Shown in pieces: positions 41,739-51,326 of a stretch of DNA of 64,000 bases. The number at the start of each line of letters is the position of its first letter. Position 1 is the stretch's first letter. The DNA is taken from NCBI GenBank assembly GCA_963674595.2, contig CAXXFV010000014.1:32001-96000 (forward strand), given 5' to 3'. The notes below the pieces were generated by a model. The model searched no databases and had not been told where the DNA came from. It worked only from the letters and a program-made list of their open reading frames with translations. Made by a program: the position numbers and the translations under genes. This DNA comes from a bacterium. GTDB lineage: Bacteria; Zhuqueibacterota; Zhuqueibacteria; Residuimicrobiales; Krinioviventaceae.

Positions 41739-42557
41739 GTGAATACGATATCATATAAATTTATGTATCTTATCACCCTTTTACTGGTCTTTTTCATTAT
41801 CACAACGAGCTTAAGCGGACTGCTCATTCCGGCCACCTATTCACAGGAAACTGTTAACTGGAACGTCCAGGCCATCGGTCAGGATATTATAAACCTTTTT
41901 CTTATTCTCCCCTTTCTTCTGGCAAGTGCATTTTATACAGGTCGTGGAAATAAAAAAGCGCTGTTTGTATGGAGCGGCTGTTTGCTTTATCTGATCTATA
42001 CATTTGTCATTTATTGTTTCTCCCTTCATTTTAACCGGCTTTTTTTAATTTATTGTTTTACCTTCGGCTCAGCTTTTTACGGCCTTGCCTATGTATTTTA
42101 TATCCTCCCCAAAAATCCAATTATTGAATGGTATAAAAAAAGCAAAATCCCGTTTAAAACAACAGGTATTTACTTCATCACACTGGGATGTTTGTTTTAC
42201 TTTCTCTGGCTGGCCACAATAATACCGGCGGTTATAAACGGAACAACACCACGGGAAATTATTGATATCGGTGCCTTGACAAACCCGGTCCATGTTTTGG
42301 ATATATCGATTGTTCTACCGGGTTTCCTGTTGACGGGTGTATTGTTGATAAAAAAGAAACAAATCGGGCTGTTACTAGCCCCGATGTTTCTTGTTTTCTG
42401 TCTTTTAATGGACATAACAATAGCTGTTTTAAATATTATTATGTTTATAAAAGATATATCACCAAATTTAATCGTAACAGCCATTATGGGTCTTTTTACC
42501 CTGGTTACGTTGATCATAATTATACACTATTTTCGTGCCATTAAAAATGAAACCTGA
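41739..42557 (+). CDS. Polytopic membrane protein of unknown function
   Basis: About 8 hydrophobic segments; 'QAIGQD', 'YTFVIY.F...FNRLFL.Y' and 'NPVHVLD'. Confidence 0.75.
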   Translation: MNTISYKFMYLITLLLVFFIITTSLSGLLIPATYSQETVNWNVQAIGQDIINLFLILPFLLASAFYTGRGNKKALFVWSGCLLYLIYTFVIYCFSLHFNRLFLIYCFTFGSAFYGLAYVFYILPKNPIIEWYKKSKIPFKTTGIYFITLGCLFYFLWLATIIPAVINGTTPREIIDIGALTNPVHVLDISIVLPGFLLTGVLLIKKKQIGLLLAPMFLVFCLLMDITIAVLNIIMFIKDISPNLIVTAIMGLFTLVTLIIIIHYFRAIKNET

Positions 42558-42571
42558 TAGACGAGACGACA

Positions 42572-43060
42572 ATGAATGAAATGACTAAAGCCCGTCACAT
42601 CGAATTGACAGGAATTGAACGGGATAAAGCCCTGGAAAAATTCCGGCAACAAATAAAAAAATGGGACCTGGCGCTCCCTCCTGTCCAACCTTTGGTTCTT
42701 GACTTTGGACTGGGGCAGTTTTATACCACGGGATTAATTGAACTCTGGATTGCCAATGAAATAGAGGCCGGTTATTGCGGCAAGTATCTTTTTGTTTTTG
42801 ACGGACAAACCTGTCCCATGCATCGTCACAAAGAAAAACACGAAACCTTTTTTATTGTGGAGGGAAGTGTAGCCGTAAACTATGATGGTAAAGAAATGCT
42901 CCTAAATAAGGGCGATGTTCTTCCAGTAAAAGAAAATAAAAAACACAGTTTCACAGGACAAGGCCCGGCTTTGCTGCTGGAACTATCCAAACCCTGTATT
43001 GTAGACGACAATTATTTTGAAAACAAACATATACCAATCGGCGGCAATTTTAACAACTAG
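42572..43060 (+). CDS. D-lyxose/D-mannose isomerase-family cupin
   Basis: LDFGLG, GYCGKYL, GQTCPMHRH..KHETF, KHSF, LELS and DNYF. Confidence 0.82.
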   Translation: MNEMTKARHIELTGIERDKALEKFRQQIKKWDLALPPVQPLVLDFGLGQFYTTGLIELWIANEIEAGYCGKYLFVFDGQTCPMHRHKEKHETFFIVEGSVAVNYDGKEMLLNKGDVLPVKENKKHSFTGQGPALLLELSKPCIVDDNYFENKHIPIGGNFNN

Positions 43061-43188
43061 TATATTTTAAGAGTGTTGAATGAAACAAGGGTCCACCAAA
43101 TTATTCAATCGAATGATTTTAAAATGCTGGTGATTGTCAAAAAACAACTAAAAATTATTATTCTTTTCATAAACAATGAGGGAAAATT

Positions 43189-44622
43189 ATGAAAACAAGG
43201 TCACTAAACAAATTATTTTCTGCCGTTATTTTATTAATTGTATTCACAACACCGGTTGTCTTTTCTCAGGGCATTATCATCGATCATACCTGCACGGACA
43301 TAACACAAATCCCGGATGAATGGATAAATCAAGCCAAAAGCCTTCTCAAAGTACATTATGCGCACACCTCACACGGGGAACAAATTTATATCGGACTGGA
43401 CCGGTTGGATGACGAAAATACGCTTTATAATTTTTATCCTGACAACTGTAACATGCCGGACACCCCGGACTATCTGTCGTTAATGGAAGGTCAGTTTATG
43501 AACGGCTATTGTGAAACATACATCACACCGGACCTTTACTGGCAGGGTAATAATGCGCTCAACATCACCCGGTCCAACCTGAGTTCCCATGACATTAATG
43601 TGTCTGTTTGGGCCTGGTGCACGCAACAGAATTATTTTAGCCAGGCTGAAACGCAACAATATCTGGACGCTATACAACAGTTGGAGAGTGAATTTCCGAA
43701 TGTAACATTTGTATATATGACAGGAAACGCCCAAGACCAAAACCATAACCGACTTGACCGAAACAATCAGGTACGGGAATTTTGCCGTAACAACAACAAA
43801 TATTTATTCGACTTTGCCGACCTGGACTGTTGGTATAATGGTGAGCAATATTTGGAATCCAATATTCCTGTAGAACATCCGCAATATAACGGAGACGAAG
43901 GCGGTCACACAACGTTGGAAAGCTGCGATGTTAAAGGCCGGGCTTTCTGGTGGCTGCTGGCGCGCATTGCCGGTTGGGACGGCAGTGGAGGCAGCATCAT
44001 ACCCGAGCCGATGATAGCGCTGGACCAACCGAGTCTCCAGTTTACCTGTGAAGAAAACGGCATTGCACCACTGGAACAAGCCCTGACAATACGTAATACA
44101 GGGACGGGTGTTTTGCAATGGAGCATTGAAAACCAATCTGCATGGCTGGATTATACCCCGAAATCCGGAACAGATTCGACAATTATCACCGTGTTCGCCG
44201 ATCCGACCGATTTAACAGCCGGAGATTATTCAGACACACTTGTGGTCACAGCAAACGGGGCTGCAAACTCACCGCAAAAAATACCGGTACAACTTGTCAT
44301 CCAGGAAGCAACCGGTGTTAATGATTTGGGACAAATTAATAAAACAAACGAAATCGAAACTTACAACCTGCCAAATCCTTTTCAAACCAGCACAAACATC
44401 ACATTTCGCGTTCCATCAACTGCGCCTGTGCAGATTACCATCTATAACATCCTTGGTCAAAAAATTAAAACGCTGGTGCAGGAAACAAAACAGGCAGGCC
44501 TTTACATAACCACATGGAACGGAACAGACCTTTATAATCAGCCTGTAAAAAGCGGGACCTATTTTTACAGGATACATTGCAACGGTAATATAAAAACCGG
44601 AAAGATGTTTCTTGTACGGTGA
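43189..44622 (+). CDS. Secreted protein: SGNH-like domain, BACON domain and FlgD-Ig/T9SS-type C-terminal domain
   Basis: Signal peptide; IIDHTC, YAHTSHG.Q, FVYMTG, LFDFADL and [11 protein letters not shown]; '[10 protein letters not shown]...WL..TPKSG' BACON; 'PNPF...SGTYFYRI'. Confidence 0.72.
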   Translation: MKTRSLNKLFSAVILLIVFTTPVVFSQGIIIDHTCTDITQIPDEWINQAKSLLKVHYAHTSHGEQIYIGLDRLDDENTLYNFYPDNCNMPDTPDYLSLMEGQFMNGYCETYITPDLYWQGNNALNITRSNLSSHDINVSVWAWCTQQNYFSQAETQQYLDAIQQLESEFPNVTFVYMTGNAQDQNHNRLDRNNQVREFCRNNNKYLFDFADLDCWYNGEQYLESNIPVEHPQYNGDEGGHTTLESCDVKGRAFWWLLARIAGWDGSGGSIIPEPMIALDQPSLQFTCEENGIAPLEQALTIRNTGTGVLQWSIENQSAWLDYTPKSGTDSTIITVFADPTDLTAGDYSDTLVVTANGAANSPQKIPVQLVIQEATGVNDLGQINKTNEIETYNLPNPFQTSTNITFRVPSTAPVQITIYNILGQKIKTLVQETKQAGLYITTWNGTDLYNQPVKSGTYFYRIHCNGNIKTGKMFLVR

Positions 44623-44664
44623 TTTTTTGTCCGTTTAATAGCATATTATTCTATTCCTATTTTA

Positions 44665-44713
44665 CAAAAAAATACCGTCTTTTGAGTTTATATCATCAAG
44701 GGACGGTATTTTT
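44665..44713. terminator. Bidirectional intrinsic terminator
   Basis: AAAAAATACCGTCTTTTGA-loop-TCAAGGGACGGTATTTTTT between convergent genes. Confidence 0.75.
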
Positions 44714-44730
44714 TAATGACAGTAAAGACT

Positions 44731-45846
44731 TTAATCTGCCATACTCAGGCCCTCAAATGTGTGAGGGCCAATATCTTTCTGGTTCAACCAACCGTTTTTA
44801 ATTTTACTATTTTCGGAATATTTAATATGTGCGGAACCAGATCCTTCCGCACGATAGAATTCTGTAAAAACCACCATACTCCCTTTTGGTAAAGTAGTGA
44901 CAATCGCCGATTTTTCACAATTTGTGGCTGACCAGGCATCATAATATACAGACAAATCCCGGCGACTTTTATAACGATGACTATCTTTTGATTCTATCAG
45001 TAATTCCGGAACAGTATAGAGTGTTTTGTCCAAAGTATCAAACAAATATTCCTGCGGATAAAAACATGTTCCAAGAAAGCCCTTACGAACTGTAGCCGTA
45101 ATCAAAATTTTACGATTGTTTATTTTTTCCTGATGCATAACATACGAGGGAATTGAAAATAATATGTTAAACTTTTTGTATTTATCAAATCCGACAAATA
45201 CAAATTCCCTATCATCGCTTGGTCCAAATATATTTATCTTGAGCTCCAAACCCAGATTGTTATCAAAACCCTGGTCTATATCTGTAAACTCGATCTGTGC
45301 TTTTTTTAATGCCCGCTGATCGTAAAGGACAATTTCAGACAACTTGTTGTCTTGCAGATACTCCACAGGAACAGAAGAACAATCAAGCAACCATTTATAA
45401 CCTTTATCCAGTAAAATAAATTTTCCATAGGGCCGTCTGTTGTACCTCATTTCATTTTCATCTCCATATCCTAAATAGAAAAGAGGATAATCATTAAAAT
45501 CATATTTATACAGAATTTCACAGAACTCAAATTTCGAAATCGCTTCCAGTGATTTGAAAAGTGAAACATTTTTATCCTCAATTTCAGTCAACTCGACACT
45601 TGTCTTTTCAACAGGCTGATACCAGGATTGATGTTTAAAAAATAATGCCAATTCCGAATCTTTAAATATATACCCCTTTCGGGCAAAAATTTCATTTCTG
45701 GCATACCGATAAAACGATTTGGATTTACCTTCAAGAGTATCAGCCTGAATTATCATTATATCAGAGTCTTTAATAAGATACTCTCCGGCATAACCTGCAG
45801 CAGACCATAGAAATATAAAGCTAATGTTCAGAAAAAAATATCTCAT
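44731..45846 (-). CDS. Secreted YARHG-domain protein
   Basis: Signal peptide; 'YARNEIFARKGYIFK...F...SWYQP...LTEIE.KNV'. Confidence 0.8.
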   Translation of the reverse strand: MRYFFLNISFIFLWSAAGYAGEYLIKDSDIMIIQADTLEGKSKSFYRYARNEIFARKGYIFKDSELALFFKHQSWYQPVEKTSVELTEIEDKNVSLFKSLEAISKFEFCEILYKYDFNDYPLFYLGYGDENEMRYNRRPYGKFILLDKGYKWLLDCSSVPVEYLQDNKLSEIVLYDQRALKKAQIEFTDIDQGFDNNLGLELKINIFGPSDDREFVFVGFDKYKKFNILFSIPSYVMHQEKINNRKILITATVRKGFLGTCFYPQEYLFDTLDKTLYTVPELLIESKDSHRYKSRRDLSVYYDAWSATNCEKSAIVTTLPKGSMVVFTEFYRAEGSGSAHIKYSENSKIKNGWLNQKDIGPHTFEGLSMAD

Positions 45847-46196
45847 AGGAACCCCTCTCATAAAAAATTTTTGGTATGAATCTACTTTTTAAAAAATATT
45901 ATTCCAGATAATAGAAAACTTGATTACCCTGAACGGACTAGATTTAAATTAATGTTATTCTATTAATAATCAATTAAAAATTTTACTTGTATTTTTTCAA
46001 AAAATATTCTAAAATAAAAAAAGTAACTAAACGAGGGAGATATGTTGAAATCATTTTAAAAAGGTGATCTTTTTTTGCATTAAAAAAGACACCTTTTTGT
46101 GTTTTGAAAAAGTCGGTTTTTAATTTTAAAATTCATCAATTCATTTTATAAGGGTACTATTCAAACTGAATTTTAAAACTATTTTTAGGAGGATTT

Positions 46197-47177
46197 ATGA
46201 AAAAAATTTGGTTGGTGTGTATCATTTTGATTCCATTGCTTGGCTGCGACAAAACCGTAACAAATTCAGATGCGGTTAAAGGAAATTGGAACATCGTCCA
46301 CCATTTTCAGGAAAATATTGGGTATCGTTCATTGTTTTTTGTAGACCAGCAAACCGGTTGGGTGCTGGCAGGAAACGGTATGATATTTTCCACAACAAAC
46401 GGCGGTACAATTTGGAGGTCCCAAAACAGCGGCACATCAAACTGTTTACACGACATTCACTTTTATGACACGAAAAACGGCTGGGCCGTCGGCTCAAACA
46501 ATACCATTCTTTATACCAACAATGGCGGTACAGCCTGGCATCGAATCACTCTGGATGGGGACAGTTCTCAAACCCTATATGGCGTATATTTCTCGGACGC
46601 CGACAACGGCTGGATAGTTTCAAATCACGGTAAAATATACAAGACAGAAAATTCCGGCAAGACCTGGGCCATCCAACTGACATGGGAATACCAATGCGGA
46701 GGAAGATTTAATTTTGTAAATGGCGAAACAGGTTATGTTATACCGGTCATTGGGAAAAAGCTGTATCAAACAAATAATGGCGGACAAAGTTGGACGAAAA
46801 CGTCATTATCAAATATTTTGTCATGGGAAAGTGACATTTTTTTTGTAGACAATAGTTATGGCTGGATATGTAATATGAGAGGCCCAAGTTCGGTCGCTTA
46901 TGACTATGCATCAGTATTCCAAACCACAGACGGTGGCAAAAATTGGAAAAAAATCCACACATTTGACGAAAGGGACCTGATAAAAGTATACTTTATAGAC
47001 AAAAATAACGGCTGGGTCGCCGGTAGTAAAATATATTATACTTCAGATGGTGGTAAAAACTGGACAGCCCAAATAAAAAGCCCAACAATGTCTTTGGTCG
47101 ACCTGCAATTCGTCGATTATTCCACAGGCTATGCTATGGATTATGTCGGTGCTTTTTATAAATTCCAGTCAAATTAA
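46197..47177 (+). CDS. YCF48/BNR-repeat beta-propeller lipoprotein
   Basis: Lipobox LLGC; repeated 'F.D...GW.VG..G.I..T.NGG.TW'. Confidence 0.85.
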   Translation: MKKIWLVCIILIPLLGCDKTVTNSDAVKGNWNIVHHFQENIGYRSLFFVDQQTGWVLAGNGMIFSTTNGGTIWRSQNSGTSNCLHDIHFYDTKNGWAVGSNNTILYTNNGGTAWHRITLDGDSSQTLYGVYFSDADNGWIVSNHGKIYKTENSGKTWAIQLTWEYQCGGRFNFVNGETGYVIPVIGKKLYQTNNGGQSWTKTSLSNILSWESDIFFVDNSYGWICNMRGPSSVAYDYASVFQTTDGGKNWKKIHTFDERDLIKVYFIDKNNGWVAGSKIYYTSDGGKNWTAQIKSPTMSLVDLQFVDYSTGYAMDYVGAFYKFQSN

Positions 47178-47518
47178 AAATCCTTTTTTCATATCAATTA
47201 TCAAAAAATACAAATGTCACAACCAATGTCTTTAATATAATGGTACATTGTGTTAAGACTTGATTTCCGATGCACAGTCAACAGAAAATTATCAGGTCCG
47301 ACAGAACAGTACTTGTAAAAACGGCTTTACAGTTCCTTCAGGGACTTGGCATTTTTATTCAACCATAAAACGAAACATTCATCCCAAAACTATCGTTTAT
47401 GATATAATAGTAACTCTATCACCAAAAAAAATAAAAACAACTTGACATAGACTAAAAAAATCTGTAGATATTTAAGTTAGAATTAAAATAATTTTTATTC
47501 CAATCAGGGAGGAAATAC

Positions 47519-48655
47519 GTGAAAAACTCAACTTTTAAAAAAGAGGACCTTGAAAAAAAGATTGCCGCGTATTCAACAATGGCCGGAGCCATACTGCTTT
47601 CAACTTCTCCACTCCAAAGTGCCGTACATAAAACAGTTGTCAATCAAAACAATCTATCTTTATATTATTTTGATGTTAATAATGATGATACTCCTGATTT
47701 CAGATTACGTCAAAATTCAACTATTAATAGTGCTTACTATTTAAGCAATTGGAAAGGTCGTGGGGTAATGGGCGCAACAGTTGGTTATAGTAAAGTAATG
47801 GACTATGGTTCGATAATAGGCCCTTCACGAACATTTACTAACGGAAACTTGTTTAAAGTAAGCAAAGGTTCCTGGGCCGGCGTGACTGATAAATATCTGG
47901 GTGTACGGGTTGATGTAATAGCTACCGGAGAAGAGTATCATTATGTATGGGTCAAGTTGTCTGTTCATGCCAATGGCACATTTGATTTAAAAGAATATGC
48001 CTGGGAAGATATAGAAGATCAAGCCATCGCTGCCGGTTCGGATGTAAGCCTTCCTGTAGAGTTGTCCGCCTTTTCCGCCGCTGGTAAAGGACAAACTGTC
48101 GTACTGGAATGGACCACCGAAAGTGAAAGCGATAACCTGGGCTACATTCTAGAACGCCGATTAAAAGATGAAACCAATTGGACCACTGTTGCCGATTATA
48201 AATCTCATTCAGCTTTAGCAGGACAGGGAACCACCTCAAACCAAACAAAATATACCTTTACAGACAAAAATATTGTTACAGGTAACAGCGATGTTTATCG
48301 TCTTTCCGATGTCAACATACAAGGCGAGGTAAACGTCTGTGCCTCCACGTCCGTTCAACTGACGACCTTGCCGCAGCAGACAACATTGCTTAATTCCTAT
48401 CCAAACCCTTTTAATCCGGAGACGACAATCAATTACCAATTATCCGATGACGTCGATGTTACACTGAGCGTTATCGACATAACAGGCCGCACCATCACTA
48501 CAATTGTGCAAAACGAACACCAATCTGCCGGTATCTATGATGTCGCCTGGAACGGCAATACTCACAATGGTCAACCGGCACCCAGCGGCATGTATTTGTT
48601 AATGCTAAAAGCCGGAAATACAATTAAAACCCAAAAGGTCACTCTGTTACGATAA
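47519..48655 (+). CDS. Secreted protein with 'LPVEL' linker module and FlgD-Ig/T9SS-type C-terminal domain
   Basis: N-terminal 'KKIAAYSTMAGA' signal; 'SLPVELSAFSA...LEWTTESESDNLGY'; 'NSYPNPFNPET...KVTLLR'. Confidence 0.78.
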   Translation: MKNSTFKKEDLEKKIAAYSTMAGAILLSTSPLQSAVHKTVVNQNNLSLYYFDVNNDDTPDFRLRQNSTINSAYYLSNWKGRGVMGATVGYSKVMDYGSIIGPSRTFTNGNLFKVSKGSWAGVTDKYLGVRVDVIATGEEYHYVWVKLSVHANGTFDLKEYAWEDIEDQAIAAGSDVSLPVELSAFSAAGKGQTVVLEWTTESESDNLGYILERRLKDETNWTTVADYKSHSALAGQGTTSNQTKYTFTDKNIVTGNSDVYRLSDVNIQGEVNVCASTSVQLTTLPQQTTLLNSYPNPFNPETTINYQLSDDVDVTLSVIDITGRTITTIVQNEHQSAGIYDVAWNGNTHNGQPAPSGMYLLMLKAGNTIKTQKVTLLR

Positions 48656-48710
48656 AAATTAATATCTCACAAATTAACAATATTCCCCCTGTGTAAATAT
48701 ATTTGCGATA

Positions 48711-48739
48711 AACCGGCAGGTGCATAACCTGTCGGTTTT
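48711..48739 (+). terminator. Intrinsic terminator
   Basis: AAACCGGCAGGT-loop-ACCTGTCGGTTTT downstream of the CDS. Confidence 0.65.
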
Positions 48740-48883
48740 CTACAATAAACAAAATTCTTTTCTGTTTGCACACTCTGCAAATCAAAGCATATACTATAAT
48801 AAGCGCCTGATATTGGAATAAAAATCTATCTTTTTTGTTTCATTTTTTAACCGTTTAAAATATTTTTTTACTGGAGGTTAAAA

Positions 48884-49381
48884 ATGAAATTCAAAACACT
48901 CTTGACAATTGCATTATTCTTTACAAGCCTTTCCTCTTCTTTGGTGTATGCCCATTGTGAAATACCGTGCGGTATTTATGGCGACGAGATTCGATTTCAA
49001 TTATTGAAAGAACAGATTACTACGGTTGAAAAATCCATGAACGAAATCAACAAACTTTCCGATGCAGCAAAACCGAATTACAATCAAATAGTACGATGGG
49101 TCACCAATAAGGACAAACATGCTGATGACATACGTGAAATCGTTACCCAATATTTTCTGGCACAGCGAATAAAACCGGTAGACGGTACTGACAAACAGGC
49201 TTTGGAAACCTATCAAAAAAAACTGGAAACCCTGCACCTTATTATCGTGCACGCCATGAAAGCCAAACAAACCACAGACCTGAAGCATGTGGAAACATTG
49301 CGACAGCTTGTGGATAAATTTTATAATCTCTATTTCGATCAGGAAATGCAGCAACATTTAAATGAACATAAACATAATTAA
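48884..49381 (+). CDS. sodN: Nickel superoxide dismutase precursor
   Basis: Ni-hook HCEIPCGIY directly after a Sec-type signal peptide ending VYA; 'RWVTNKDKHA', 'YFLAQRIKP' and 'MKAKQT'. Confidence 0.92.
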   Translation: MKFKTLLTIALFFTSLSSSLVYAHCEIPCGIYGDEIRFQLLKEQITTVEKSMNEINKLSDAAKPNYNQIVRWVTNKDKHADDIREIVTQYFLAQRIKPVDGTDKQALETYQKKLETLHLIIVHAMKAKQTTDLKHVETLRQLVDKFYNLYFDQEMQQHLNEHKHN

Positions 49382-49453
49382 CAGCCATTTTTAGCTGCTG
49401 TTGCTGTAATAAACCATCATTTATCCAATATTAAAACTAGTTATTTTATCCTA

Positions 49454-49489
49454 AAAACACTTGTGTTTTTTAATAAACACAAGTGTTTT
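49454..49489. promoter_or_regulatory. Tandem palindromic sites / 15-bp inverted repeat
   Basis: AAACAC-TT-GTGTTT (49455-49468) and AAACAC-AA-GTGTTT (49475-49488). Confidence 0.5.
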
Positions 49490-49731
49490 GAAAGATAACT
49501 CTCACAAATTAAACAAAATTTATCTTTGCGATCTCGGCGTGCACTGCGTTATTTATATGTCCTAGATACGAAGGTAAACTTTGCTTGCTTTTTACCCACA
49601 TATTTATATCTTTAAACCTCAACAATTTTGAACTGTTTTAAAAGCAGTCAACAAAATCCACATTCCCACCAGATTATTTTACAGGAAAAGTCTGTTGAAT
49701 AAATACTTAACAGAAAGGATATATAAAATCT

Positions 49732-51183
49732 ATGCCGGACTTGATCATCAACGAAACAAAAGGCCATGAAATTGAAAAAGCTTTCCGAATCGCCATGGGA
49801 GATTTGTTTACAAATATTCAATATTATAAATCCGGCATGCTGGAACAGGAAAAATCCTGTTTACTGGCTGGTTTTTTTTACGATCGTCCCTGGACCAGAG
49901 ACGCTGCCATGAACACATGGAACGGATTCGGTCTGTTGTTTCCTCAGGAAGCAAAAAACACCCTGCTGGCCCAGGCCGGTAAAAATGAAAATAGTGAGCC
50001 TGTTATCATCGGCCAATATTGGGACCGGATAATATGGATTATCGGTGCCTGGTATTATTATTTGTATACCGGTGATAAAGAATTTTTAAGTATGGCTTAT
50101 CAAACAACTGTGAATACGTTAAAAATTCTGGAGGATGAAGAATTTACCAGCGAAATGAACCTGTTTCGCGGAGCAGCCGTTTACGGAGACGGTATATCCG
50201 CCTATCCTCTGGTTTACGCGCAGCACGACGATAATGTACCACAGGAACCTTACAGTTGTATTCTGGACTGGGTGCATGCAAATCCCACCAAAAAAGCCGA
50301 CAAAGGTTATGGTTTGCCGATGCATGCCCTGTCGACAAACTGTGTTTATTTTCAGGCTTATAAATTATTAGCGGATATTGAAAAAGAACTAGAGCTGACA
50401 GTTAATTCACAATGGCTTGAAAAAGCAAATAAAATTAAACAGGCAATCAACAAACATTTTTGGGACAGCGCACGCGGGACCTATAACTATCTGGTCGATC
50501 CTTTTGGTAATTGCAATAGCCAGGAAGGTATGGGCCTTGCCTATGCGATTTTGTTCGGAGTAGCGGACTCTGATCAAATCCAATCCATTTTTAAAAACGC
50601 GGTTATAGAACCGGCAGGCATTCCCTGTGTGTACCCGTCTTTCGAACGTTACCGAAACGAGGACATTGACAGTTACGGTCGCCATTCAGGAACAATCTGG
50701 CCGCATATTCAGGGTTTCTGGGCCGATGCCGCAAAAAAACATCATCACTATGATGCTTTTTTACATGAGTTTATAAATCTGTACACCCATGCATTGCGAG
50801 ATAATCAATTTGTTGAAATATACCATCCCAAAACAGGCAAACCCTACGGTGGTTTACAGGAACCGACCCATGAACAGTTTGAAGAATATTTTATCAGCGA
50901 TCGTCAGGCCTGGAGCGCAACAGCCTATGTCAGCATGATAATTAAGGACATTATGGGAATGAACTTTGATTCACAAGGGATCAGCTTTGACCCGTTTTTA
51001 CCACAAGAAATATCAGAAATCGGTTTAAGGAACCTGACCTATCGTGATGCTGTTTTGGATATTTACATTCATGGAAACGGGACAAAAATCAGCACATTTC
51101 AAATTGATGGTCAGGACGCAAAACCATTTATTAATGCGGATATACAGGGGCATCATACAATTCAAATAACTGTCGTAAAATAG
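49732..51183 (+). CDS. Six-hairpin glycoside hydrolase (amylo-alpha-1,6-glucosidase/MGH1-like) with GH65-like C-terminal domain
   Basis: PWTRDAA, QYWD, LSTN, GTIWP, EIYHP.TG, QAWSAT and 'ISFDPFLP...L.YRDA.L.I'. No signal peptide. Confidence 0.72.
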   Translation: MPDLIINETKGHEIEKAFRIAMGDLFTNIQYYKSGMLEQEKSCLLAGFFYDRPWTRDAAMNTWNGFGLLFPQEAKNTLLAQAGKNENSEPVIIGQYWDRIIWIIGAWYYYLYTGDKEFLSMAYQTTVNTLKILEDEEFTSEMNLFRGAAVYGDGISAYPLVYAQHDDNVPQEPYSCILDWVHANPTKKADKGYGLPMHALSTNCVYFQAYKLLADIEKELELTVNSQWLEKANKIKQAINKHFWDSARGTYNYLVDPFGNCNSQEGMGLAYAILFGVADSDQIQSIFKNAVIEPAGIPCVYPSFERYRNEDIDSYGRHSGTIWPHIQGFWADAAKKHHHYDAFLHEFINLYTHALRDNQFVEIYHPKTGKPYGGLQEPTHEQFEEYFISDRQAWSATAYVSMIIKDIMGMNFDSQGISFDPFLPQEISEIGLRNLTYRDAVLDIYIHGNGTKISTFQIDGQDAKPFINADIQGHHTIQITVVK

Positions 51184-51195
51184 TTTTATATATCA

Positions 51196-51219
51196 TCCGG
51201 CACTCTAAAAGAGTGCCGG
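51196..51219 (+). terminator. GC-rich hairpin between glycoside hydrolase genes
   Basis: TCCGGCACTCT-aa-AAGAGTGCCGGA-type perfect stem with only a weak T-tract. Confidence 0.5.
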
Positions 51220-51326
51220 ACTTGCCACTTTTTATAACTTGTTTGAACAATTCAAAAATTTACTTATGTTATTAAAATTGCCCTATAAATAATATCATAC
51301 CAATTGCAAAAATTGGAAGGCAGAAA

